Source of the DNA: Promethearchaeia archaeon
GTDB taxonomy: Archaea; Asgardarchaeota; Lokiarchaeia; Sigyniarchaeales; SOKP01
Direction of reading: 5' to 3'
Assembly (NCBI GenBank): GCA_046483985.1
Contig: JAWOCD010000006.1
Span: 32,001 to 96,000 of the forward strand
DNA length: 64,000 nucleotides
Made by a program: the position numbers and the translations under genes. The notes beneath the pieces are model-generated. The model did no database searches. It had not been told where the DNA came from and saw only the letters and a program-made list of their open reading frames with translations. How positions within the stretch are numbered: position 1 is the stretch's first letter; each line of letters starts with the position of its first letter. Below, in pieces: positions 19,275-29,780 of this stretch.

Positions 19275-21130
19275 AGTTTAGAAACAATGAAGACTCGGAT
19301 AAGGAAAAGAGAGGTTTTTTCCAGAGTATTAAAAAGAAATTGAGTAACCGAAATACACTCATTAAAACTATAATCTTGATGGGGATCTTAGTCACATGGT
19401 TTGGTTTAATAATTACTCCTAGTGTGGCATTTGATAACGAGCCAGTACAACTATGGGTGCATTGTCCCAGTTATGAAAAATCTGGAGAGGAATTTGAATT
19501 TACCGTCCAAGCATGGGATTGGTCCGAACGGCTCAGTAAATCATATAAGGGGAAAGTCTCATTTAGTTTAATTTCCTTTGATTTAGATGACCCCAATAAC
19601 GAGTTAGAATCTGTGGATAAAGATCTTCCCGATGATTATCGTTTTGATGGTACTTGGATCAACACTGGCGGATTACCACCCTCATTATTTCTAGGAGATG
19701 TTGGAAAGAAGACTTTTAATATGAAAATCAATACCCCAGGAATCCATTATGTCCAGGTTCAAGATGACCAAGGTTTTGAAGCAATAAGCAGCCCCATCGT
19801 TATTCTCAATGAAGAACCAAAACAAGAGTTATTATGGGGAGACATTCATACACATTCATTTATTAGCGATGGATCTGGTTTACCAGAACAAGTAATGGAA
19901 TTCGCAAGAGATAGCGCCTTATTGGATTTTTATTCTTTGACAGATCATGGAGAAGGGACAGGGTTAAACACGGAAGAACGTGCACAATGGAGAATTGATC
20001 ATAACCAACGGGTAACTGAGGGGTTTAATAAAGAAAATGAATTTGTCTCATTTCAAGGGGTTGAATGGACCACAAATTTTGGTCTTGTCGATAAAGAATA
20101 CGGATATGGGCATTATACATTAGTTTCAGATGCAAACGAACCTATCCGAATAGCTCGCGGTAAACAAACTTCCCCCGAAGAGCTCTGGAACTACTTAGAT
20201 GAATATTGTGAGGAAAATGATGCGCATGTCATCGCCATACCCCACCATCTGACTCAAACCAATTTTGAAATGGACTGGGCAGGAGCAAATGAAAAATATG
20301 TGAAAACTGCTTCAATATTTTCAGTACACGGTGCATCACTTCTCCGGCCGGATCAAGAGGAGAATCATTTAGGCATGGTCCATGTTCATAAAGATTCTCC
20401 AAAGGGAATTTCCGCTGCAGATGCATTAAAGATGGGATTTCGATTCGGCTTAGTAGCTAATTCGGATGGACATGATGGACATCCTGGTCATGCAATCTGT
20501 CATAAGGCGACGCATTATCCTGATCAATATCCAATATTGAGTTGGACACCTCGTTATGGACACCCCTATCCGGGCGGACTTACTGGTGCATGGGTCGAGA
20601 ATTTCAATCGAGATGGCATAATGGAATCCATAAGAAAAGGAAAAGTATGCGCAACACGGGCACCTTATCGCCCCATCGTTAACTTTTCAGTCAACGGAGT
20701 GATGGTGGGAGAGAATGATTCTTTAACCACGGTTCAAAATAATACGAGTGAGCGAAATATTGAATTTCAACTATTTCGGGATGGCTTGGAGTTGGGATGG
20801 GAAGGAAAAGCAAATATGAATGAATGGGAAACCTTGACCGTGGAAATCTGGAAAAATTCTGAGATTTGGAACAGTACTACATCTGAAGATGCAATAATCG
20901 ATTTGAACTTTTCCGATGAGGCACAAATTAACGGCACAGCATATACAGACTATGATATACGAGATGGGAAATATTATATGCACGAACGTGCATTGGAAGA
21001 AGTAGAAAATCCAGATGAATTAAATACAGGCGGAAAAGACTACTATTTTGCAAGGGCGTATAGCGGAGAAGGTACAAAGGATGATTTCTATCTCTGGATT
21101 GGACCTATCTGGGTCGATCCGCTTTCTTAA
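19271..21130 (+). CDS. Membrane-anchored DUF3604/PHP-like metallohydrolase
   Basis: N-terminal TM helix, WGDIHTHSFISDG, LTDH, GVEWT, IPHH, NSDGHDGHPG, GGLTGAW; TTG 19271 preferred to the track start 19193. Confidence 0.8.
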   Translation: MKFRNNEDSDKEKRGFFQSIKKKLSNRNTLIKTIILMGILVTWFGLIITPSVAFDNEPVQLWVHCPSYEKSGEEFEFTVQAWDWSERLSKSYKGKVSFSLISFDLDDPNNELESVDKDLPDDYRFDGTWINTGGLPPSLFLGDVGKKTFNMKINTPGIHYVQVQDDQGFEAISSPIVILNEEPKQELLWGDIHTHSFISDGSGLPEQVMEFARDSALLDFYSLTDHGEGTGLNTEERAQWRIDHNQRVTEGFNKENEFVSFQGVEWTTNFGLVDKEYGYGHYTLVSDANEPIRIARGKQTSPEELWNYLDEYCEENDAHVIAIPHHLTQTNFEMDWAGANEKYVKTASIFSVHGASLLRPDQEENHLGMVHVHKDSPKGISAADALKMGFRFGLVANSDGHDGHPGHAICHKATHYPDQYPILSWTPRYGHPYPGGLTGAWVENFNRDGIMESIRKGKVCATRAPYRPIVNFSVNGVMVGENDSLTTVQNNTSERNIEFQLFRDGLELGWEGKANMNEWETLTVEIWKNSEIWNSTTSEDAIIDLNFSDEAQINGTAYTDYDIRDGKYYMHERALEEVENPDELNTGGKDYYFARAYSGEGTKDDFYLWIGPIWVDPLS

Positions 21131-21250
21131 AAGCATTAATTATCTTACTTTTTTTTTTATTAAAGCTGATTATTACTGATAAAAATCCTTTAAAGTGAAA
21201 ATAGAGCATATATGCCAGAAATCACTTAAATTTGAAAAAAAGAAAAAAAG

Positions 21251-22429
21251 TTATTGATACCGATTATCCAATTTCTTAACTGCATTAATTGTCAATTGTA
21301 AACCGTTTCGTAAGCCCTCTTTAGTTACCAGTTTCAGAGTATCTTTTGGAGTATGTACATACGATACTCCCTCTTGAGAAGCTAACCAACATGCTTTAAA
21401 TCCCTTTTTTACCATCGGCATGAAATCAGACCATGCTCCTGTAGGGAGATAAATGTCCCGAAGGGGGATTTCTAAATCCTCCGCTGTTTCAGTAAATAGT
21501 CGATTAAGTTCCTTGGAAGAGGTTTTTCGCGGAATACCATAACTTGTAATTAACCGAATAAAACCACTCCCGCCTATCCCATCATAATTGATAAAGTAAG
21601 TGGTATCTCTATTAAAATCATCTGCATGCCGCTGAATAAAATCTTTAGCCCCTCCTAGATTCAGTTCTTCCGAACTGGTTGATAAAAAAATGCAACTTAA
21701 GTTAGCAAGTGGATTACTCTTATAATATCTTGCCAATTCTATAACTGTTCCTACGCTGGCTGCATTATCAAAAGCTCCGGGCGAATTATTTCCCGTTTTA
21801 TTAAAATAATTCAATAACCCAATGATTGATAGAACGATACAGATAATCAATAAAGTGTGGTTTAACATAGGATTCTCAAACGGGAAAAAAATTTTCAAGA
21901 TACTTAAGATAAGCAGAACTAATAAAAGTGCAAAACTTCCCACAGCTGCGATGACAAGAATTAAGATCCGTACTGCGGAGGGAAATGTTTGACTTTTGGA
22001 GTCCCAATGTGCCATAAAAATGACGGTTCCTTTAGGATCTTTATTTTCTAAAACCGTATAGAAATTTTCGGTTTCAAAATTATTTTCCTCGTTTTTGGAA
22101 AGTGTGATCGTTGAGGAGTCCATAAAAATAAGAACCCTCATTAGGATTAATACGGTAATCCCAATAAAAATCAAGGTCACCCAATGGTTAAAATAAAATG
22201 AAAGGGTTGTAAGAATAAGAAGAGCCGCAATTGGAATAAAAATATAGCGCGCAAGAATCCAATTAAATAATGAAGTCTTAAATTGTTCTCTTTCAACTTT
22301 ATTATATCCTGCTTTCTTAAACTCATCAAAGACTACTTTTTTGGCTTTTTTTTCCCCGTCCGATCCGACTAATCGAGGAAACGATAATCGTTCTGTGATT
22401 CTATAAGCATTTTCTTCATTTATTGACAT
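21251..22429 (-). CDS. M28 family metallopeptidase with transmembrane insertions
   Basis: PRLVGS, MAHWDS, PGAFDNAAS, SEELNLGG, NYDGIG, SDF, YVHTPKD; ATG 22429 preferred. Confidence 0.88.
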   Translation of the reverse strand: MSINEENAYRITERLSFPRLVGSDGEKKAKKVVFDEFKKAGYNKVEREQFKTSLFNWILARYIFIPIAALLILTTLSFYFNHWVTLIFIGITVLILMRVLIFMDSSTITLSKNEENNFETENFYTVLENKDPKGTVIFMAHWDSKSQTFPSAVRILILVIAAVGSFALLLVLLILSILKIFFPFENPMLNHTLLIICIVLSIIGLLNYFNKTGNNSPGAFDNAASVGTVIELARYYKSNPLANLSCIFLSTSSEELNLGGAKDFIQRHADDFNRDTTYFINYDGIGGSGFIRLITSYGIPRKTSSKELNRLFTETAEDLEIPLRDIYLPTGAWSDFMPMVKKGFKACWLASQEGVSYVHTPKDTLKLVTKEGLRNGLQLTINAVKKLDNRYQ

Positions 22430-22542
22430 TTCAAATTCACTTTTGTTTGTTAAAATCACTTTCAGCGCAACTTACGGCTAAAAATTAATAGATTAAAGAT
22501 TAGTCTATAATTCAATTTTGCTATAGGACATTTAAAATTTTC

Positions 22543-23409
22543 TTATCCTTCCTCTTTACTTTTTTCAATTTCAATCATTTTTTTGGCTACATAGTCCTTA
22601 GAGATTAATTCTAAGGCTTCGATAACATGCCAAAGTCGAGGGATAAAGATTTCTTTTTTATATTTACGTGATGCTTTCAAAGTTTGTGACGCGACATCTT
22701 CGGGCTCCACTAATTTATAGAGGCCTCCTTTATCCTCATAAAGTTCAACCCATTCTGCAGTGTCTGGATCTCCTTCCCAAAAGTTAGTTTTGACTGGCGC
22801 GGGACACAGAGTAATGACTTGAATATTATGACCTTTCATTTTATATTCTCTTCTTAGTGAGTCTGCTAAGCCAACAACGGCATGTTTACTTGCTGTATAA
22901 GCTGCCATATTAGGGATTCCAGTTTTTCCTCCAGAACTTGAAGTAAATATTAATTGTCCTTCTCTTCGGTCTGGAGCCCCATCAGTAGGGGCTGGGCGTC
23001 CAATATAAGGTCGTGCAGCTTGAAGAACTAGCCAAATACCATCAATATTTATGGACATAATTTTTCGATACTCTTCGAAGGTACCCCCATTTGTTAGAGA
23101 ACACATTGAGCCGACTCCGGCATTATTATGCAAAATATCAATATATTTTTCTTTTTTGCCGATCCTTTCTATCACGCTCTCTACTTGGCTTTGATTAGTC
23201 ACATCCATTTCCATGGTTTCAACATAATGTGCTCCTAAGTCCCTTAATTCATTTGCTAATTTGACTAATTTAGGATTTGGAAGATCCAATAGATACATCC
23301 GCATTCCTAATCTGGCAAATTCGCGACAGACAGCGCTACCAATATCACCGCTTGCCCCTGTTATTACAAAAACCTTATCTTCATACCAATCCTTTTTCAA
23401 AATCATCAC
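22543..23409 (-). CDS. Short-chain dehydrogenase/reductase
   Basis: ITGASGDIG, NNAG, YTASK catalytic motif. Confidence 0.93.
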   Translation of the reverse strand: MMILKKDWYEDKVFVITGASGDIGSAVCREFARLGMRMYLLDLPNPKLVKLANELRDLGAHYVETMEMDVTNQSQVESVIERIGKKEKYIDILHNNAGVGSMCSLTNGGTFEEYRKIMSINIDGIWLVLQAARPYIGRPAPTDGAPDRREGQLIFTSSSGGKTGIPNMAAYTASKHAVVGLADSLRREYKMKGHNIQVITLCPAPVKTNFWEGDPDTAEWVELYEDKGGLYKLVEPEDVASQTLKASRKYKKEIFIPRLWHVIEALELISKDYVAKKMIEIEKSKEEG

Positions 23410-23541
23410 CCAACTATCTAATTCTATCCTTAAAGGATAGTTTACAAATTTGTAAATAGGTAATAAATTTTATCTTTATCAAAAAGTAGTATAGGCGAGT
23501 AGTCAATGTGAGAAATCTTACCTTCAGAATCTCCCAAAAAA

Positions 23542-23891
23542 TTGAAGTCCCCCCTCTCTAAAGGAAGGGAATTCCTACGATTCCACTAAGCGTTCGCTGG
23601 TGGGCATATCTTGGGGGGTATGTCGTAGAAAATCCTTTCCATCTATCCAAAAAGGACTCCTTCTTCAAAGAGAGTTGATGCGAGAGGTCAGCAGACATAA
23701 GAAACTTGCCTAGGATGTTAATGGCTGAATTCAAGTCCCGATCCATCTTATGACCACACTCGCGAGTAATAATGCGTTCGGACTATTCCCGCTTGACTCG
23801 TTTCCCGCAGTTCGCACATGTTTGCGTTGTATAGGATTCATCAATTTTTATCCCTTTTTTACCTATTTTCCGTGCCTTATAGTCAGAGAGT
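23542..23891 (-). mobile_element. tnpB: IS605-type tnpB 3' remnant with right end and omegaRNA region
   Basis: DYKARKIGKKGIKIDESYTTQTCANCGKRVKRE*SERIITRECGHKMDRDLNSAINIL (Zn ribbon and RuvC-III, with an internal stop); terminal hairpin cccttcctttagagaggggg ending in TTCAA at 23542. Confidence 0.9.
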
Positions 23892-24428
23892 TTAAGTCAG
23901 ATTAATACTATCTTTATTATTTTGATTGACTTCCTTCACATAGTCAGGGGTATAGGTCGTTTTTAATAAATTTGCATTCCCTTTGGCAATTAGGGTTTCC
24001 TCCATATTTCTTATTTCTACGACTGTATGGACAACATTACGGCCCTCTCTGACCATTTCCGCAATAACTTTTACACTTTCTCCGATCCTCACCTTTCCGA
24101 GATAATCCACATGGAAGTCTAACGTAATTAAAAATCCTTCATAACCAAGAGTAGCGGTCATCATTCCAATAGTATCATCCATCATTCCACATTGCATTCC
24201 TCCATGCAGTAAGTTAGTTGGATTGCCCATCTCATGGCGAACTTCAAATTCAAGTTCAATATATCCTCGTTCTGCTTTAATCATTTTTCCATTTAACCAT
24301 TTTGTAAACGGTGGAATCATTTTCAAGTCAAATTCTCCCATACGCTTCCCTTTGATTGAATTGAAAAGTTTAACCATACGTTGGGAGCGTTTTTTAATTT
24401 GCTTTTTTTCCTTTTCATTAGGTATCAT
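23892..24428 (-). CDS. PaaI family (hotdog fold) thioesterase
   Basis: NPTNLLHGGMQCGMMDDTIG, TLDFHVDYL, GRNV. Confidence 0.9.
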   Translation of the reverse strand: MIPNEKEKKQIKKRSQRMVKLFNSIKGKRMGEFDLKMIPPFTKWLNGKMIKAERGYIELEFEVRHEMGNPTNLLHGGMQCGMMDDTIGMMTATLGYEGFLITLDFHVDYLGKVRIGESVKVIAEMVREGRNVVHTVVEIRNMEETLIAKGNANLLKTTYTPDYVKEVNQNNKDSINLT

Positions 24429-24441
24429 TATATGATCTGGT

Positions 24442-24703
24442 TTACTTTAATTGTTTTTTAAAATTATTATTATTAATCTTTAAGAGAGATGTATACCATT
24501 CTAAATACAATCTCTCCTCCACCTTTTTCAGAAATTGACGAATAGATAATATTCCTAAATCAGAGATAATCCCCGAGAGATATTCCGGCGGAGTTTTGTC
24601 AAAATAAAAATTATGAATTTTTAAATTTTGAATTTTTGGATTAAAAACCTCATTTTTATCCCTTTTTTCGATGAGAACTTCCCTATCGAAATGACTTTTT
24701 AAA
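24442..24703 (-). pseudogene. 3' part of the eIF-2B alpha/beta/delta-like gene split by IS1634
   Basis: Reads KSHFDREVLIEKRDKNEV...HNFYFDKTPPEYLSGIISDLG...KKQLK*, in frame with the 5' part once the IS and one TSD copy are removed. Confidence 0.92.
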
Positions 24704-26841
24704 CTTAACTTCCAAAGTAATTAAATTTAATCATGAAAAATATTAAACTTTTTCCTTCTCTTCTTGTTTTCCTACACATTTAGACGTGTCTTGGACCCAG
24801 AAATGTCCATATTCCATTCTTTTATTCCGTCATGATTTTGTCGCTTTGTGGCTGTAGGCTTAAAACTCTCCTTTGTAGGATGAAGTAATTCTTATTTCTT
24901 CCTCAATCTAAAGAAGTTTAAGATCCTAAGACTTATATATAGGTTAGTCCTACATTTATACATGAAATACTTTTTACACAAAAACAGGACAAAATATGGA
25001 ATTTACTACTCTTACCGGCATAATTACAGGGAAGGAGATAAAGTAAAGACCAAGTCGGTTTATTTAGGAAACGAAAAAACCGCTTTAGAGATATTATCTG
25101 ATTTTAATTCGGAAAAGCCCCAAAATGAGCGCCTTTTGTCTTATTCGGGCGAGTTAATCCTCTCCAGGGTGCTTGAATTGCTTAACTTTCGGAAGGTGTT
25201 GGATGAAACAAGTGAGGCAGAGGCGGAATGGGAGATCGGACGCTTCCTCGAGATGGTCGTCGTCGAGCGCGTCTTGAATGCGTATAGCAAGTGGCGACTG
25301 GCAAGGGTAGCCCACAGCAAGTCATTTTATTCGCTGGATAAGAACATCCCCGCCGAGAAATTCACGGAAGATAACATCTACAATTATATGGATTACATCC
25401 ATCCGGGGCTCGACTTGATGAAGGAAAAACTCGTGAAAAACTTGCTTGAGCTGAATTTCGTGGAATTAGACGAGTTAATCTTGGATGGGACCTCGTTGTA
25501 CTGTTTCAGTTCCGATGAGGAGGATGAGGTGCTTGAACCCGGAGAAAGCCCCGAAGAATCGTCGGAGCCGCTGAGGCGGACGCACGGCTACAGCCGCGAC
25601 CATCGCCCGGATCTCCCGCAGATCAACTTGATGCTGGGCGTGAGTAATCAGTATCTGCCGCTATTGTTCGAAACCTTTTCGGGGAATGTTCCCGATGTGG
25701 TCATGTTTGAAAAGGTCCTTGAGAAGTGTCAAGATACCTATCAAGCCCTTTTAAAACGCGTACGGAATAAGTACGTGGTGTTTGACAAGGGAAATAATAG
25801 CAAAGACAATTTCAAGGGCTTGGATGAGCTCTGTACTCGGTGGGGGTTCCACTTTGTTACCAGCGTCCGTCCCAGTATGACCAAGATCAAGAATGCCCTG
25901 AAACCCCTCAACGTGGAGGACTTGCCGGTCATTTATAAGCAGCGAAGGACTACCTTGAGAGGAAAAACGGTAATGTTAGAGTTGTATGGAGAAAAGAGGA
26001 GGGCATTGCTGTACGTGAATGAAGAGATAAGGGAAAAGAAGCGGCAAGCGTATATGGAAAAACTGAACGGAATCCAAGAGGAAATCAGGAAAATCAACCA
26101 AGAGAAAAAGAGTGTAAAGGAGAAATCGGAATTGGTGGAAGATTTACTCCGAAAAAACCGAGTATTGACCTATTTCAAGCAAGAAGAAGATGGGGGGGAG
26201 ATCCATTGTGTGCCCATCGACTCGAAGGTTGCGGACAAGATGGGCTTGTTCGGGAAATTTGCCTTGATCACGGACGATTTCACGCTGGATGCGGAGGATA
26301 TGGCCCGCATCTATAAGAGGTCCATCGTGGTGGAGCACGAATTTCACCTTTTAAAGAGCTTGCTCTCCATTCGCCCCTTCAATCATCGGAAGCCCGAAAG
26401 GATCGACGTCCACGTGGCGATAGTGCTGTGGGGGATCATGGCGCTGGCACTCTTGAGGGTGATGCTCGACGACCACGGTATGGAGCTTAGCTTTGAGCGA
26501 TTAAGGGAATTGATCGGGGACGGCTGCATTTCCATCGGGGATTACTTGTATCCTGAGCGCAAGTCCTTTCGGATCAAGCGAACGTTGAATATCCATTCTG
26601 AACTCCAAGAAATCTTGAACGTCCTAAACTTAGAATGGGATTACTTTGATATCGATGTTATACCTACGGTTGAGGAAAAAAAGGACGGGGGAAAATGACC
26701 TCGAGGTGGTTTTGAGGAAATAAAATAAAGTAGGGTCGGAAAACCAATTATCTCCATCTATCGATGATGGAAATTGGCTTGGGATATTGCCAAGAGTCTG
26801 AACTCTAAACAAGAAAATATTTACCCACTTTGGAAGTTAAG
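24704..26841 (+). mobile_element. Complete IS1634-family insertion sequence
   Basis: 15-bp perfect TIR cttaacttccaaagt (24704-24718 and 26827-26841); 6-bp TSD TTTAAA (24698-24703 and 26842-26847); transposase gene visibly more GC-rich than the flanks. Confidence 0.93.
24962..26698 (+). CDS. IS1634-family DDE transposase
   Basis: ILDGTSLY, HGYSRDHRPDLPQI, FSGN..D, VFDKGN, YK....VEHEFHLLKS.L.IRP.NHRKPERIDVHV. Confidence 0.93.
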   Translation: MKYFLHKNRTKYGIYYSYRHNYREGDKVKTKSVYLGNEKTALEILSDFNSEKPQNERLLSYSGELILSRVLELLNFRKVLDETSEAEAEWEIGRFLEMVVVERVLNAYSKWRLARVAHSKSFYSLDKNIPAEKFTEDNIYNYMDYIHPGLDLMKEKLVKNLLELNFVELDELILDGTSLYCFSSDEEDEVLEPGESPEESSEPLRRTHGYSRDHRPDLPQINLMLGVSNQYLPLLFETFSGNVPDVVMFEKVLEKCQDTYQALLKRVRNKYVVFDKGNNSKDNFKGLDELCTRWGFHFVTSVRPSMTKIKNALKPLNVEDLPVIYKQRRTTLRGKTVMLELYGEKRRALLYVNEEIREKKRQAYMEKLNGIQEEIRKINQEKKSVKEKSELVEDLLRKNRVLTYFKQEEDGGEIHCVPIDSKVADKMGLFGKFALITDDFTLDAEDMARIYKRSIVVEHEFHLLKSLLSIRPFNHRKPERIDVHVAIVLWGIMALALLRVMLDDHGMELSFERLRELIGDGCISIGDYLYPERKSFRIKRTLNIHSELQEILNVLNLEWDYFDIDVIPTVEEKKDGGK

Positions 26842-27542
26842 TTTAAATTATATTTCAAGGAATTTCCAACAGCATAAATATCCACATCGTTCTCATGGGA
26901 AAGAACAGCGAGCGGATACGTACCAATCTTATTAATAAGAGTTCCATCTTTAAGGATACTGTCAATTCCTACCAAGACCACATCCATTGATTCGATAAAG
27001 TAACCAAAAGCGGCGTCAATAATTAAATTTGTTTCGAAAAAAGATGATAATTCTTTAGCTGTTCTGCGTCCCTCAAACATGGGGCGAGACTCTAAAACGT
27101 ATAATTCAATATTTTTACTCCTGACCTTCTTTAAAACTCGAATGATGGTGGAGCTATAGGAAATAAGCATGACTTTAGTGGGTCCTTTGGAACCATAAAA
27201 ATCACGTATAAATTTTAGAAAATTCTTTTCGATGTCTTGAGTTATTGTATTTTTAACTTCTTGGAAATGTTTTATATTATTTAAAATTCTTTTTTTGGTG
27301 ATATTATTGGAATCTCCAATCAAAAATCCAAAAACATTAAGTAAAGGGGCCATACTCGGGCGTGTATCGATAATAGATTTTGCTAAATGAAGAAAGGGAA
27401 CTGTTATAGTTTTATGTTCATCATCTATTGAATTTAAATATGTATAAACGATATCAAGGGCCATTTCTATAAATTCATTTGCGCCAGATTCATTATCCTT
27501 TCTTAATCTCTCTAATGACTTTTCAATTATATTAGAAATCAT
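26842..27542 (-). pseudogene. 5' part of the eIF-2B alpha/beta/delta-like gene (IS-interrupted)
   Basis: SGA, TRPSMAPL, ISYSSTI, LESRPMFEG, LIIDAA, VGIDSI...INKIGTYPLA; the last ~11 residues of the track ORF come from the IS. Confidence 0.9.
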
Positions 27543-27545
27543 GTT

Positions 27546-27713
27546 TCACCCACTTTTGAATTTTTCTTCATATTTTTTGCATTTTTGATAATACAGATTA
27601 CAGCGTGGAGCTTTTTCTGCACTGCTGCATATATCTGAATTGGGACATTTAACATTCTTTTTTTCGAGTTGAATTTTAACACGATGCAATCTTTTTTTGA
27701 CATCTTCTCTCAT
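27546..27713 (-). CDS. Small Cys-rich protein (55 aa)
   Basis: MREDVKKRLHRVKIQLEKKNVKCPNSDICSSAEKAPRCNLYYQKCKKYEEKFKSG*; ends 3 nt before the eIF-2B-like ATG. Confidence 0.65.
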   Translation of the reverse strand: MREDVKKRLHRVKIQLEKKNVKCPNSDICSSAEKAPRCNLYYQKCKKYEEKFKSG

Positions 27714-27770
27714 AATACATTTTAGATAAGATTTTATTTAATTTGAAAATTTTATTTATAATATTGGAAT

Positions 27771-29207
27771 ATGAATTCAAAAAGAAAGCAGTTGGAAGAG
27801 ATAAAGGATATATCCTTTCTGAATAAGATTAAAAATATTGCAATAATAGGTCCGTCAAAGAAAAGAGATTTTTTCTTTGTTAAAAACCACCAGGAAAACT
27901 TTAAAGGGGAAAACCTTTATGTTGTTCATCCATCCGTGCAACATATCCCAAATTTTGATGACGATAACATATACCGCTCCGTGTTAGATATTCCAACCGA
28001 AGTTGATTTTGTATTTATTGCGGTACCTCCCAAACATGTAATCACTGTAATAGAAGAATGTGCAAAGAAAGAAGTAAATTTAGCCAGTATATTTACCGCC
28101 GAATTTTCCGATGCAGGAACAGAGGAAGGTAAAACCTTAGAGAGGAAATTACTGGAAAGAGCTAATGATCAAATAAGGATCTTAGGGCCTAATGGTATGG
28201 GGCTTTATTATCCCAAACTAGGAATTGCTTGGCGTCCACATTTTCCCAACAAGTCAGGAAAAATTGGATTTATTGCACAATCTGGTGGAATCTGCAACAT
28301 TTCAATTTATATGGGATCTGAGATTAGGTTGTATTTTTCGAAAGTCTTTTCGTTTGGGAATGGAGCAGACTTAGATTTTGTAGATCTTCTTTATTTTTTA
28401 AGCAATGACACCGAAACGGATATTATCATATGCTATCTCGAAGGAATTGATAAAGGGCGTGGAAGAATTTTAAAAAAGGTTTTAAAACAAAATAAAAAAC
28501 CAGTCATAATACTTAAAGGAGGGAAAAGTACAAAAGGAAGTCAAGCAGCAAGGACGCATACTGGTTCAGTGACAGGAACACATACAATATGGGAAGCTGC
28601 GTTCAGACAATTTGGAGTGATCAGTGTGGAATCACTTGAACAACTTCTGAATACAGCTAGAATCATAAAGAATTACGGAACATTTCATTTAGAAGATTTA
28701 GCAGTTTTTAGTATAAGTGGAGGGTACGGGGTTATTTTAGTTGATTTAATCGAAAAATATGGGATGGAAGTGCCTCCGTTTAGTCCTAAGATTCAAGAAA
28801 AATTAAAAGAGAAATTTTTTACGTTGGGAACCAGTTCGAAAAATCCTCTAGATGTCTCCGCTCAAGTTTATTACAGTGATGTAATGCATGATATAATTGA
28901 CATCGCTCTGTCAGATCCTAAAATAGATGGACTTATCATGGATTTGCCCAGTTGGTATTTTAATATGGATTATCATCTCAAGAAAGATGAGTCATTTGAA
29001 CCGAATATGATCGAAAACCTCACCTTAGGACATAAATACAACAAACCTCTTTTTCCAATAATTCAGAGGGTTAATTGTCCAGAAGACAGAAGACGTGTTA
29101 CTAAAAAATTAGCTGCTAATAATGTTCCCGTATTTGGCGAGCCACTTGAATTTATTCCGGTCCTAGAAAAAATTAATGATATTCAGAGAAAATCCCGCAA
29201 GCGATAG
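27771..29207 (+). CDS. NDP-forming acyl-CoA synthetase alpha subunit (CoA-binding protein)
   Basis: IAIIGPS, RILGPNGMG, FIAQSGG, SFGNGAD, YLEG, AARTHTGS (phospho-His), NPLD. Confidence 0.88.
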   Translation: MNSKRKQLEEIKDISFLNKIKNIAIIGPSKKRDFFFVKNHQENFKGENLYVVHPSVQHIPNFDDDNIYRSVLDIPTEVDFVFIAVPPKHVITVIEECAKKEVNLASIFTAEFSDAGTEEGKTLERKLLERANDQIRILGPNGMGLYYPKLGIAWRPHFPNKSGKIGFIAQSGGICNISIYMGSEIRLYFSKVFSFGNGADLDFVDLLYFLSNDTETDIIICYLEGIDKGRGRILKKVLKQNKKPVIILKGGKSTKGSQAARTHTGSVTGTHTIWEAAFRQFGVISVESLEQLLNTARIIKNYGTFHLEDLAVFSISGGYGVILVDLIEKYGMEVPPFSPKIQEKLKEKFFTLGTSSKNPLDVSAQVYYSDVMHDIIDIALSDPKIDGLIMDLPSWYFNMDYHLKKDESFEPNMIENLTLGHKYNKPLFPIIQRVNCPEDRRRVTKKLAANNVPVFGEPLEFIPVLEKINDIQRKSRKR

Positions 29208-29219
29208 GTGAAATTCATA

Positions 29220-29765
29220 ATGGGAAAGTTCTATGTTTCAATGTCCAAATTTCTCTCCTACATGTTAAGACACCATCCCGAGAAATTTAATATTCAGTTA
29301 GACACCCACGGATATGCAGATTTAGAGAAAGTTCTTAAAGTTTTAAATGATAGGTATGAAAAAAGAAACATTACCAAGGAAACCATCGAAGAGATGATAA
29401 AAAGATCCAATAAGAAACGGTTCGAAGTTGAAGAACAGCAAATCCGTGCATATTATGGTCATAGTGTCGATAAGAAAATTGAAATGCAAAAAGCAGAAAA
29501 TTTACCGAATAATTTATACCATGGCACAACTCCAAAAGCGTATAAAAACATTCAAAAGTCTGGTTTACGAAAAAAGAATCGCCAGTATGTGCATTTATCT
29601 AAAAACTTGAAAACGGGCATTAACGTTGGAAAAAGAAGGACGGATACTCCTGTGATACTGAAAATAAAGGTGCAAGAGGCAAAAGATGAAGGTATTATTT
29701 TCTATCGCTCGGGAGATATATATTTGGCGAACTACATTCCACCTAAATTTCTAGAAAGAGTGTAA
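29220..29765 (+). CDS. kptA: RNA 2'-phosphotransferase (Tpt1/KptA)
   Basis: SKFLSYMLRH, KKRF, IRAYYGHS, LYHGT, RQYVHLS. Confidence 0.95.
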   Translation: MGKFYVSMSKFLSYMLRHHPEKFNIQLDTHGYADLEKVLKVLNDRYEKRNITKETIEEMIKRSNKKRFEVEEQQIRAYYGHSVDKKIEMQKAENLPNNLYHGTTPKAYKNIQKSGLRKKNRQYVHLSKNLKTGINVGKRRTDTPVILKIKVQEAKDEGIIFYRSGDIYLANYIPPKFLERV

Positions 29766-29780
29766 AATAAAGAATTATTT

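Noticed and set aside
26805-26841. C-terminal NLTSKVGKYFLV of the track ORF 26805-27542
   Set aside because: Read-through into the IS1634 terminal repeat; the true C-terminus lies at 24442-24703.
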